The translations under genes were made by a program, and so were the position numbers. A stretch of DNA of 63,962 nt, the filler included, from an uncultured bacterium (lineage in GTDB: Bacteria > CAYSBA01), in NCBI GenBank assembly GCA_964429075.1. It is 6 parts of 6 records of this genome, joined end to end, with 100 filler letters (N's around TTAATTAATTAA, not from the genome) between each part and the next. Parts side by side here need not be neighbours in the genome. Positions count along the whole stretch, not along the records: positions 1 to 11,088 come from CAYSBA010000013.1; 5 more parts are not named here. One strand, 5' to 3'. Below are positions 1-8,299 of this stretch, one piece after another. Position 1 is the first letter of the stretch, and each line of letters begins with the position of its first letter. Below the pieces are notes generated by a model that saw only the letters and a list, made by a program, of their open reading frames with translations, did not search any database and was not told where the DNA came from.

Positions 1-20
1 TTATATAACATATATGGAGT

Positions 21-296
21 GTGTCAAGAATGAAGAAAAAAAAGAATGATAATGATCCAAGGATCTTCTGTCTTCTACCAAGAAGGAATATCTGTTTTTT
101 AACAAATCTTATCGACTCTTATGAAGGTCTTGGGATCGTAAGGACTATCGGTAAACATATCGGATTGATAGAGATCCTCATAACTGAGGATACAGAAGAG
201 GAACTACTGAATCTACTGAACTCACTCGATAAAAGTCTGGGGATCAGGATAGTAGATCGCCAACAGCTTGCTATTCTTGCAAAAATCGATAACTAA
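21..296 (+). CDS. DUF4911-like small hypothetical protein
   Basis: 91 aa; the pattern ICFLTNLIDSYEGLGIVRT resembles DUF4911; GGAG just upstream. Confidence 0.65.
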   Translation: MSRMKKKKNDNDPRIFCLLPRRNICFLTNLIDSYEGLGIVRTIGKHIGLIEILITEDTEEELLNLLNSLDKSLGIRIVDRQQLAILAKIDN

Positions 297-352
297 CTAT
301 AATAATTAGCATTTTAATTGTATAAAAAGTATACAACTAACCATTTCCACTG

Positions 353-1615
353 TTATTCTAATGAGTTAGACGTTATTTTTTGTAACTTTTCAAACAACTT
401 TTCAACCCTGTATGTATCCTGGGTACCCATATCAAGGTCTCTAAGTGTGAGTGTATTGTTTTTAAACTCTTCTTCTCCAAACAAAAGAACCCATCTGTAA
501 CCAAGAGATGAGGCCTGTCGCATCTTTGATTTTAGACTTTTTTCCTCCAGTATGGTGGAAATCTTAATTCCATGGTTCCTTAGATTTTCTGCAATCTTCA
601 TACAGTGTGGAATAAATTGTGTCTTTGTCGGGATTAAAATTATATTGCAACTGGCCTTTTTTTCTGCATCAAGAAGCAACATCAATCGTTCAACACCTAT
701 GGCGAACCCAACAGCAGGTGTCTCTGGACCACCAAGCATTTCAACAAGCCTATCATACCTTCCACCTGCAAGGACTGCATCCTGGGAACCAAGAGAGGTT
801 GATACAAGTTCGAAGACTGTCCTGTTGTAGTAATCAAGGCCCCGAACAAGTCTGCCATCTATTTGAAAGTCTATCTTAAGATCATCAAGTAACTTCTTAA
901 GGTCCTCAAAATGTCTTTTGCAATCATCACAGAGCCTCATATATGTACCATCTATACCTTCTGTGATATCCCTGCACGACGGATTTTTACAATCAAGAAC
1001 CCTGAGTGGATTTTTATCCAGTCTAATTTTACATTCAGGACACAACAAATCTTTTTTGTCATTCAGAATCTTGACAAGATATTCGATATATCTCGATCTA
1101 CAGACATTACAGCCAATTGAATTTATCTTCGTAATCACCTTTATATTGAACTCTTCAATTAGCCTTTTTGCAAGGGTTAATACTTCACAATCGGCATATG
1201 CTGCCCTGATACCAAAAAATTCTACGCCAACCTGATGAAACTGCCTGAGTCTGCCCTTCTGTGGCCTTTCGTACCTAAACATCGGACCATGATAATAGAT
1301 CCTACTTACAGGCCTCAATTCCTTGCCGATAGCGTTAATATATGCCCGCACAATACCTGCTGTACCTTCTGGTCTGAGGGTTACACTCCTTCCACCCCTA
1401 TCCTCAAATGTATACATTTCTTTATTTACTATATCTGTATATTCTCCAATACTTCTCAAAAAAAGATCCGTTCTCTCTAAAATGGGGGTGTATATCGGTC
1501 TATAGTCATACAGTTCAAAAACCTTTTCGCAGGTGTTTATGATATATCTAAACAGTTCTGCCTTTTCCCCAATGAGATCTTTCATCCCCTTGAGTGGCTT
1601 GAAGGTATCAGCCAT
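353..1615 (-). CDS. hisS: Histidyl-tRNA synthetase
   Basis: KEMYTFEDRGG, LRPEGTA, FRYERPQKGR, LVRGLDYY, GGRYD and GFAIGVER motifs; start moved to ATG 1615 (GGAG upstream, overlaps the upstream stop). Confidence 0.97.
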   Translation of the reverse strand: MADTFKPLKGMKDLIGEKAELFRYIINTCEKVFELYDYRPIYTPILERTDLFLRSIGEYTDIVNKEMYTFEDRGGRSVTLRPEGTAGIVRAYINAIGKELRPVSRIYYHGPMFRYERPQKGRLRQFHQVGVEFFGIRAAYADCEVLTLAKRLIEEFNIKVITKINSIGCNVCRSRYIEYLVKILNDKKDLLCPECKIRLDKNPLRVLDCKNPSCRDITEGIDGTYMRLCDDCKRHFEDLKKLLDDLKIDFQIDGRLVRGLDYYNRTVFELVSTSLGSQDAVLAGGRYDRLVEMLGGPETPAVGFAIGVERLMLLLDAEKKASCNIILIPTKTQFIPHCMKIAENLRNHGIKISTILEEKSLKSKMRQASSLGYRWVLLFGEEEFKNNTLTLRDLDMGTQDTYRVEKLFEKLQKITSNSLE

Positions 1616-2354
1616 CCATAACTCCAAATCTATTTTCAATCTTTACAACATGTTCCTTTCCTACTTTCTTTACAAACCATTCTTTTGCATCTTTTAGCCT
1701 GGATGTCTCACTGGCCTCAAGTACAATATAAACCCTGTATTCATGTGAGTCCCATACTGGGTAGGAGCCAACCTTAATATCTCTAAATTTTTCTACAAGT
1801 TCTGATAGATCATAAAGAATCTCTTCTTCCCATAAGCTGAGGTATATTGTTATGCTTTTTTTTGGACTTCCCTTCAATAGAGGATGAATCAGCTCATATT
1901 TTTTTCTGAATAGTTCTGGGATGCCTGGCAGTACATAGATATTATCCATCTTTACAAAATAACTCTTTTGTTCTTCGTCAATAAAAATCTCTGCAGAAGA
2001 TGGCAGGATACAGTAGGATTCAAGTGTCTTTCTGGGTTTATTCGAAAGTGAACTTAAAAACCTAAGTAGTCTATCATTAACAGAGAGTGTATCGTTAAAT
2101 GCCTTTGCCACAGCCCTCAGTGTCATATCATCGTGAGTCAGTCCAAGACCACCAGAGGTAAAGGTGTAATCGTAATCTCTGTGAAATTTTTTCATATACT
2201 CAGCAATTGTATCTTCACAATCGGGTATGGTAACTACTATCTTCAGATCTACTCCCTTTTCGTACAATCTTCTGGAAAGATAGGGAGTATTAATGTCCTG
2301 TACTCTACCTGAGAGTATCTCATCTCCGATTATTATGGCAGATGCAGTGGACAT
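1608..2354 (-). CDS. CinA-like molybdopterin-binding-domain protein (COG1058 type)
   Basis: IIIGDEILSGRVQDIN, TSGGLGLTHDDMT and LPGIP motifs; no C-terminal NMN deamidase domain. Confidence 0.85.
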   Translation of the reverse strand: MSTASAIIIGDEILSGRVQDINTPYLSRRLYEKGVDLKIVVTIPDCEDTIAEYMKKFHRDYDYTFTSGGLGLTHDDMTLRAVAKAFNDTLSVNDRLLRFLSSLSNKPRKTLESYCILPSSAEIFIDEEQKSYFVKMDNIYVLPGIPELFRKKYELIHPLLKGSPKKSITIYLSLWEEEILYDLSELVEKFRDIKVGSYPVWDSHEYRVYIVLEASETSRLKDAKEWFVKKVGKEHVVKIENRFGVMDG

Positions 2355-2358
2355 GTCG

Positions 2359-3465
2359 TCAAAAGGCCTCTTTGTTAACTACATAGGGCATCTTCTTGGG
2401 ATCACCACCATATTTCTTTTCAAGTACATCAATCAGACCCTGAATACAGCGGCCTGCCATGCCCTTTTGCGGATCAGTGCTGAGTCTTGTCTCTTTTGTG
2501 CCACTTGCAAAGTGGTGAAATAATCTAACACGTTCTATCAGTTTTTCATCCCTAAGCGGGCTGTCTGGAGGTAGAGGTTCTTTTTCAAAAACATCGAGCG
2601 ATGCACCGTAGATCTTATTTTCAGTTAGGGCCTTATAGAGGGCAGCCTCGTCAACAACAGGACCCCTCGATGTGTTTATCAGTATTGCATCCTTTTTCAT
2701 TATTTCAAACTCCCTCTCTCCGATCATATGATATGTAGGATGATCTGTCTCATCAGGCATAAGCAGTGGTACATGAAGTGATATAAAATCACCCTCACTC
2801 AGACACTCATCAAAATCGGCATAGCGAATTGTATGTCTCTCTTTCGTAAGACCATTTTCAAACATGATATCCATTACTTCCTGAACAGATCTTACAAATT
2901 TTTCATCCTTATGAACAGGATCGTAACACAGGATATCGAGCTCAAAACCAAGAGATCTTATGATAAAGGCCTTACCAATTCTTCCTGTACCGATCACAGA
3001 AAGGGTCTTATGGGTAACCTGTGTCCCAAGAAAGGGAAGAAATGGATGCCATGCACCCCACTTCATCTGACGCACCAGTTGTTCAGAGGGATAGAGCTTC
3101 CTTGCACAGGCACCAAGGATAAAGAATGCAAATTCACTCGTTGCATCTGTAAGTACCTCTGCAGTATTTGTGAAGGGTATCTTATACTTATTGGCTGCCG
3201 CTCTATCTATGTTGTTAAATCCTACCGCATCCTGAGCAACCACCTTAAGGGTACCTTCTCCTGCAGCAAAGACCTCTTCATCTATCGGGTCCCTCAGAGT
3301 GGTAATCAAACCATCGATACCGGATTTTACCTTTTTTATTATAACTTCCTTGGGGGGTGGCTCAAGTCTATCCCACACCTCAACATCATAACCACGTTTT
3401 TTTAAAGTTTCTATGGCCTCATCGCCAATATTTGCTGTAGCAAATACTCGGAACTTTTTTTTCAT
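2359..3465 (-). CDS. D-2-hydroxyacid dehydrogenase (glyoxylate reductase / D-glycerate dehydrogenase type)
   Basis: AVGFNNID, GTGRIG, INTSRGPVVDE and LDVFEKEP motifs; GGAGG before ATG 3465. Confidence 0.9.
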   Translation of the reverse strand: MKKKFRVFATANIGDEAIETLKKRGYDVEVWDRLEPPPKEVIIKKVKSGIDGLITTLRDPIDEEVFAAGEGTLKVVAQDAVGFNNIDRAAANKYKIPFTNTAEVLTDATSEFAFFILGACARKLYPSEQLVRQMKWGAWHPFLPFLGTQVTHKTLSVIGTGRIGKAFIIRSLGFELDILCYDPVHKDEKFVRSVQEVMDIMFENGLTKERHTIRYADFDECLSEGDFISLHVPLLMPDETDHPTYHMIGEREFEIMKKDAILINTSRGPVVDEAALYKALTENKIYGASLDVFEKEPLPPDSPLRDEKLIERVRLFHHFASGTKETRLSTDPQKGMAGRCIQGLIDVLEKKYGGDPKKMPYVVNKEAF

Positions 3466-3481
3466 ATTTACCTCCATGACT

Positions 3482-4663
3482 CTACTTTTTACTGTAAAGA
3501 TCTCTTAATGCCCTATCCACCCTATCCATAGCTTCCTCTATCCTATCAAGTGAATTTGCATAGGAAAATCTTATATAACCATCTCCGTGTTTGCCAAAGG
3601 CAGTTCCAGAAAGACAGGCAACATATGCATTATTAAGAAGATAATCCGCTACCCTGTCTGAAGGTATGGTATCGTATTTTAATTTCGGGAATACATAAAA
3701 GGCACCTTTTGGCATCACACACTCAAACCACTCCATACTGTTTAATCTCTCAACAATAACATCCCTTCTTTTCTTAAATTCTGCCACCATCTTCTCTGAC
3801 TCAGATTGATCACCTCTTAACGCCTCTATACAGGCAATTTGTGAAAAGGTAGCGGTACATGAATTTGAATTTGTCTGAAGTCGTGCAACTACCTCTGCAA
3901 GCTCTTTATTCATTACACCATAGCCAACCCGCCATCCAGTCATGGCATATGTCTTTGAAAAACCATCGAGTATTATGACCCTGTCTCTGATCTTCTCGAA
4001 GGCACTGATAGATGTGAACTTCCAGTCATAGGTAATGCGGCTGTATATCTCATCAGACAGTATAAAAAGGTCTTCTTTGTCTTCAACAATCTCCGCAATA
4101 TCTTTAAGATCATCTTCGGTAAGGACACCACCGGTTGGATTGTGTGGACTGTTGATTATGATGAGCCTTGTTCTGTCATCTATCTTATTTTTTAGGTCCT
4201 TTATATCTATGCGAAAATCCCTATCATAACTGGGGACACATGGGACAGCCTCTGCTCCTATAAAGTTTATCATCGATTCATATATCGGGAAGCCTGGATC
4301 TGGATAAATCACCCTGTCCTCAGGATCAATCAGGGCAAGGATAGTAAAAAAGATTATGGGCTTTCCACCAGGGGTTACAACAATCTGATCTAAATCTGGC
4401 CTAAAACCTCTTGTTTTCTCAATAAACTCTGCTATTGCCTCTCTTAACTCTGGAAGACCAGCTGATGGACCATAATGTGTATAACCCTGATCCAATGCCC
4501 TCTTTGCTGCGGCAGTAATATTTTTGGGAGTATCAAAGTCAGGCTCACCTATTTCAAGATGAATCACATCCTTTCCCTCTTTTTCAAGTGCCTTTGCCCT
4601 TACGAGCACATCAAAGGCTGTCTCAGTACCAAGACGATAGATACCTTTAGCAAAACGCATCAT
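3482..4663 (-). CDS. PLP-dependent class I/II aminotransferase (aspartate aminotransferase-like)
   Basis: IGEPDFDTP, NSPHNPTG, SDEIY, GFSKTYAMTGWRVG. Confidence 0.93.
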   Translation of the reverse strand: MMRFAKGIYRLGTETAFDVLVRAKALEKEGKDVIHLEIGEPDFDTPKNITAAAKRALDQGYTHYGPSAGLPELREAIAEFIEKTRGFRPDLDQIVVTPGGKPIIFFTILALIDPEDRVIYPDPGFPIYESMINFIGAEAVPCVPSYDRDFRIDIKDLKNKIDDRTRLIIINSPHNPTGGVLTEDDLKDIAEIVEDKEDLFILSDEIYSRITYDWKFTSISAFEKIRDRVIILDGFSKTYAMTGWRVGYGVMNKELAEVVARLQTNSNSCTATFSQIACIEALRGDQSESEKMVAEFKKRRDVIVERLNSMEWFECVMPKGAFYVFPKLKYDTIPSDRVADYLLNNAYVACLSGTAFGKHGDGYIRFSYANSLDRIEEAMDRVDRALRDLYSKK

Positions 4664-4678
4664 AGCCTCCTTATGAAT

Positions 4679-6082
4679 TTATTTTAGAACACCAAGAAGG
4701 TCATTCAATATAGTAGAATCCTCTTTTACAAAGACAGGAAATTCATCAAGGGGTACTTCAAGATCAACTGTCTCACCAGCATTATAGACCTTTGTGGTGT
4801 CAAAAAGATAGACCCATCTTGTATCTTCTGGCTTTTCTGGTAGTGTCAGGCTCCTCGATTGCCCTTCATCGAGCATCGGAGCAACAAATATATCGACTGC
4901 AAGTATATAGCTGTAATCCTCTTTACTTATAAACTGCGTCAAAGATTTTCCCTCCTGATAAAAGGTTGAGCCTTTTTCATTCAAAAAGGGTACCAACTTG
5001 TGGTGTAACTTTGCATAGGTACGATATATTTCAAGAGTTTCTTCATCAAACTTCCAGGGTCTATGCTCACCACCACCCCCATTCTCCATAATTGGTGTAA
5101 ATGCACCAAGTTGAGCCCATCTTATAAAGAGCTCTTTGGATCGCTTTGTTTCAGGATAGTTTTTATCTTCTCTATAGCCACCAATATCCGAACCAAAGGC
5201 AAGATATCCCATCTGACTTGAATAATACATATTATTCAGGGCATGTTTAAGGCCTTCAAAGGTTGCATCCTGATCACCAACCCAGCCAGCCCAACCAAGG
5301 TCCTTAGGAGCAAAGGCAACATCATTACCACCTATATCAATTCCATAATTATCCACAGGTCTTGCCATTACTACTATTTTCTTGTTGAGTCTCTGGGTAG
5401 TATGCTCATACATATCTCTGTAATATCTTTCTGAATAGTCGTTTCTCTTTACCTTTTTACCAAGGTATGGAGAGTAGCTTGCACCAAAGTTTACATAAAA
5501 ATCGGTCCCATCACACTTCCAGCCATCTATATCAAGGTCTATTGCCTTATCCATCATAGAGTGCCACCAGCTCACAACATCGGGGTTGAAATAATCTATG
5601 AGAGAGCCATCACCCTTCCACCAGTGAACAACAGCGGGCTCCTGACTGTTTTCATCCTTTTTCATAAAGTAATTATTTTCTCTGGCAAATTCATATAAAT
5701 CTGTAATATCAGTATTTATAGCTGTCGTTATCCACAAAAATACCTTTATACCAAGCGAATGAAAATGATCTACCATTTCTTTTGGATTTGGAAAGAGGTT
5801 CTTATCAAATTCGAAGGTATTGTATCCTGTCTCCCACGGGCTATCAATTATAACAACCCCCACAGGTATATCATGATCAAGGTACCCCTCGACCAAGTCG
5901 ATTGCACTTGTCTGTGTGCTTTCATCTTCCCATACCCAGGGTTCGTATGTCCAGTCGGGCCATGGATGTTCAAAGGAATTGTTGTTGCCGCAGTCTGTGC
6001 ACTCCTTTTTACATCCATTAAACATTAACAAAACAGCCATCAGAAACAACACTATAGAAAAAATTCTGACTTCTAACCTCAT
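4679..6082 (-). CDS. Glycoside hydrolase family 31 lipoprotein
   Basis: Lipobox-like FNGC; IIDSPW, DYFNP, WKCDG (nucleophile), WVGD (acid/base), GSDIGGY, ELFIRWAQLGAF. Confidence 0.85.
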   Translation of the reverse strand: MRLEVRIFSIVLFLMAVLLMFNGCKKECTDCGNNNSFEHPWPDWTYEPWVWEDESTQTSAIDLVEGYLDHDIPVGVVIIDSPWETGYNTFEFDKNLFPNPKEMVDHFHSLGIKVFLWITTAINTDITDLYEFARENNYFMKKDENSQEPAVVHWWKGDGSLIDYFNPDVVSWWHSMMDKAIDLDIDGWKCDGTDFYVNFGASYSPYLGKKVKRNDYSERYYRDMYEHTTQRLNKKIVVMARPVDNYGIDIGGNDVAFAPKDLGWAGWVGDQDATFEGLKHALNNMYYSSQMGYLAFGSDIGGYREDKNYPETKRSKELFIRWAQLGAFTPIMENGGGGEHRPWKFDEETLEIYRTYAKLHHKLVPFLNEKGSTFYQEGKSLTQFISKEDYSYILAVDIFVAPMLDEGQSRSLTLPEKPEDTRWVYLFDTTKVYNAGETVDLEVPLDEFPVFVKEDSTILNDLLGVLK

Positions 6083-6198
6083 TATGAACCTTTTAAGTTT
6101 TTAAAAATCTCATCATGTCACAATATCAGACACACAACTGTTTTGTCAATTACTACTAATAAAAGAGCAATGGAAGAAAATATACTAACAGTCAGCTG

Positions 6199-6228
6199 TT
6201 GACACACTACTTATCATATGATAAGTAT
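6199..6228 (+). promoter_or_regulatory. Promoter region of lexA with a perfect 20-bp palindromic operator
   Basis: TTGACA at 6199-6204; TACTTATCATATGATAAGTA at 6208-6227 equals its own reverse complement; TATGAT at 6217-6222. Confidence 0.75.
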
Positions 6229-6834
6229 ATGGCTGTGAGAGACCTTACCCAAAGACAGAAGATAGTACTGGACCGGATAAGGCAATTTATAAACGAATAT
6301 GGCATCCCACCTACATTAAGGGAGCTGGCAGAGCTCCTGTCCATATCATCCGCAGCTGTTGCAGGGCATCTCGATCTCCTTGAAAGAAAGGGGTACATCC
6401 ACCGTTCCTCTCATGGATCAAGGAATATACATCTTACCCCCAAGGCACAGACAGTAACAATCCCTGTGGTTGGCTTTGCCCCTGCAGGGGTACCGGTAAT
6501 CAGTGATCAGAATGAGGAAGACCCGCTTATCCTCGATAGAGTGATGGTAGGGGAGAGACAGGTATTTGCAGTTAAAGTCAGAGGGGAAAGTATGATCGAG
6601 AGACATATAACCGATGGCGATTACGTATTGGTAGAGCCTTCTGTTGATGCAAAAAGGGGAGATATAGTGGTGGCACTCCTCAACGGCGAGGTTACAGTAA
6701 AGATACTTGATATAAAAAATAATATGCCGATTCTTGTACCTGCCAATAGCAAGATGTCTCCCATACCTGTGAAACAGGGGGATGATTTCCGTATCATCGG
6801 GGTAGTCGTTGGTATCTACAGGAGATTCATATGA
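6229..6834 (+). CDS. lexA: LexA repressor
   Basis: LTQRQ...PPTLRELA wHTH, Ala-Gly cleavage site (PAG), catalytic Ser (GESM) and Lys (VTVK); start ATG 6229 or GTG 6235. Confidence 0.93.
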   Translation: MAVRDLTQRQKIVLDRIRQFINEYGIPPTLRELAELLSISSAAVAGHLDLLERKGYIHRSSHGSRNIHLTPKAQTVTIPVVGFAPAGVPVISDQNEEDPLILDRVMVGERQVFAVKVRGESMIERHITDGDYVLVEPSVDAKRGDIVVALLNGEVTVKILDIKNNMPILVPANSKMSPIPVKQGDDFRIIGVVVGIYRRFI

Positions 6835-7070
6835 AAAAAGAGAATCTTGTACCTGTAAGGGTTGGGGCTATCTTCGAACGCGGCCAGATCAGGCCTGTAT
6901 GGTTTGTAATAGGCCATCAAAAAATGGATGTAAAAAGGGTAACCTATCGTTGGAAGGATATGGTGGGTTCTGTTGCCTTTATTCACTTTAGTGTAGATAG
7001 TGGAGGCGAGATCCATGAGCTTGTATGCCGCAGCGACACCTTTGAGTGGTTTCTACTCCAAGAGGGATAG
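6831..7070 (+). CDS. Small beta-rich protein, DUF6504/YqjX-like putative Y-polymerase accessory subunit
   Basis: ATGA overlap with the lexA stop and AGGAG SD; pattern RPVWF...VKRVTYRW...HFSV...ELV...EWFL. Confidence 0.7.
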   Translation: MKKENLVPVRVGAIFERGQIRPVWFVIGHQKMDVKRVTYRWKDMVGSVAFIHFSVDSGGEIHELVCRSDTFEWFLLQEG

Positions 7071-8298
7071 TTGGGGTTGGGGCAGGATTATAATGCATGT
7101 AGATATGGATGCCTTCTTCGCATCTGTTGAGCAGGCAAAGAATCCATACCTCAAAGGCAAACCTGTAGCTGTTGTGGGTTCTGGTAAGCGAACAGTGATT
7201 ACTACTGCATCTTATGAGGCCAGAGAGCGTGGTGTAAAGACCGGTATGAATATCTACGAAGCGAAGAGGGTATGCCCCGAGGTAATAATCATAAGGGGCA
7301 ACAATAGACTATACACCTATACCTCTTCAGTAATATTTAAAATCCTAGGGGAATACACCCCCCTTATGGAACCACGTTCTATAGATGAGGCCTTTTTAGA
7401 CCTTACTGGTACCCATCTTCTATACGGCAACCCTATAGAGATTGCAAAAGAGATCAAAAGGAGGATATTGAAACGTTTCGGCATAACCCTTTCTGCTGGC
7501 ATAGCCCCCAACAAGCTCCTTGCCAAACTTGCAAGTGGAATGAATAAGCCCGATGGCCTCTGTGTAATAGCTCCCCACGATGTTGAGGCTGTATTGAAAG
7601 ATCTCCCTGTATCTGAACTCTGTGGTATCGGCAAAAAGACTGCCCAAAAACTTGCCCTGCTCGGTATAAATAGGTGTGGTGAGCTTGCGGCATGCCCTCC
7701 TTCAAAGTTAAGGGCCATATTTGGAATCTTTGGAGATTATATTCACATGATGGCCCGGGGTATAGACCCATCCCCTGTGGTCCCTCCCTCCAGGGCCCCA
7801 GAGGTAAAATCCATCGGCCACAGCATGACCTTTTCTGAAGACATCTCGGACCCTACAAGATTAAGAGGATACCTGCTCAGGCTCTCTGAGATGGTAGGTG
7901 CACGGATGAGAAAATACAGATTATGGGGGAAGACAGTTGCGGTTACCATACGGTATCCAGACTTCAGAACCACCATAAAGAGAAAAAGCTGGCCCGATCC
8001 TACAAGTGATACCATCGAGATATACAGGCGTGCCATAGAGGTATTTAATATTATTAATCCTGATGAACCTGTTAGATTAATGGGGGTCAGTGTATCTTCC
8101 CTGAAAAAAGACAGGGGGCAGCTCGAGATATTTAGAGAAAGAGACTGCACAAGGAGAGGGTTGATGGAAGTCATAGACAATATCAGCACCCGATTTGGGG
8201 CATTCAGCATCTCCTTCGCAGATGCCATTGCCGCAGAGACTCCTGATGTTATTTCACCAGCGTGGAGACCCAACGGACCACGAAGACACCTTGGTTGA
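7015..8298 (+). CDS. dinB: Y-family DNA polymerase (DinB/Pol IV-like with C-terminal extension)
   Basis: HVDMDAFFASVE, ASYEAR, SIDEAFLD, NKLLAKLAS..KPDG, QLEIF clamp motif; start uncertain (ATG 7015 has GGAGG 8 nt upstream). Confidence 0.92.
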   Translation: MSLYAAATPLSGFYSKRDSWGWGRIIMHVDMDAFFASVEQAKNPYLKGKPVAVVGSGKRTVITTASYEARERGVKTGMNIYEAKRVCPEVIIIRGNNRLYTYTSSVIFKILGEYTPLMEPRSIDEAFLDLTGTHLLYGNPIEIAKEIKRRILKRFGITLSAGIAPNKLLAKLASGMNKPDGLCVIAPHDVEAVLKDLPVSELCGIGKKTAQKLALLGINRCGELAACPPSKLRAIFGIFGDYIHMMARGIDPSPVVPPSRAPEVKSIGHSMTFSEDISDPTRLRGYLLRLSEMVGARMRKYRLWGKTVAVTIRYPDFRTTIKRKSWPDPTSDTIEIYRRAIEVFNIINPDEPVRLMGVSVSSLKKDRGQLEIFRERDCTRRGLMEVIDNISTRFGAFSISFADAIAAETPDVISPAWRPNGPRRHLG

Positions 8299-8299
8299 A

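Noticed and set aside
2833-3405. Long antisense or alternate-frame ORFs (e.g. 2833-3405, 7743-8273, 19278-19688, 45886-46332, 54587-55063, 62824-63231)
   Set aside because: They shadow well-supported genes and show no motifs or RBS
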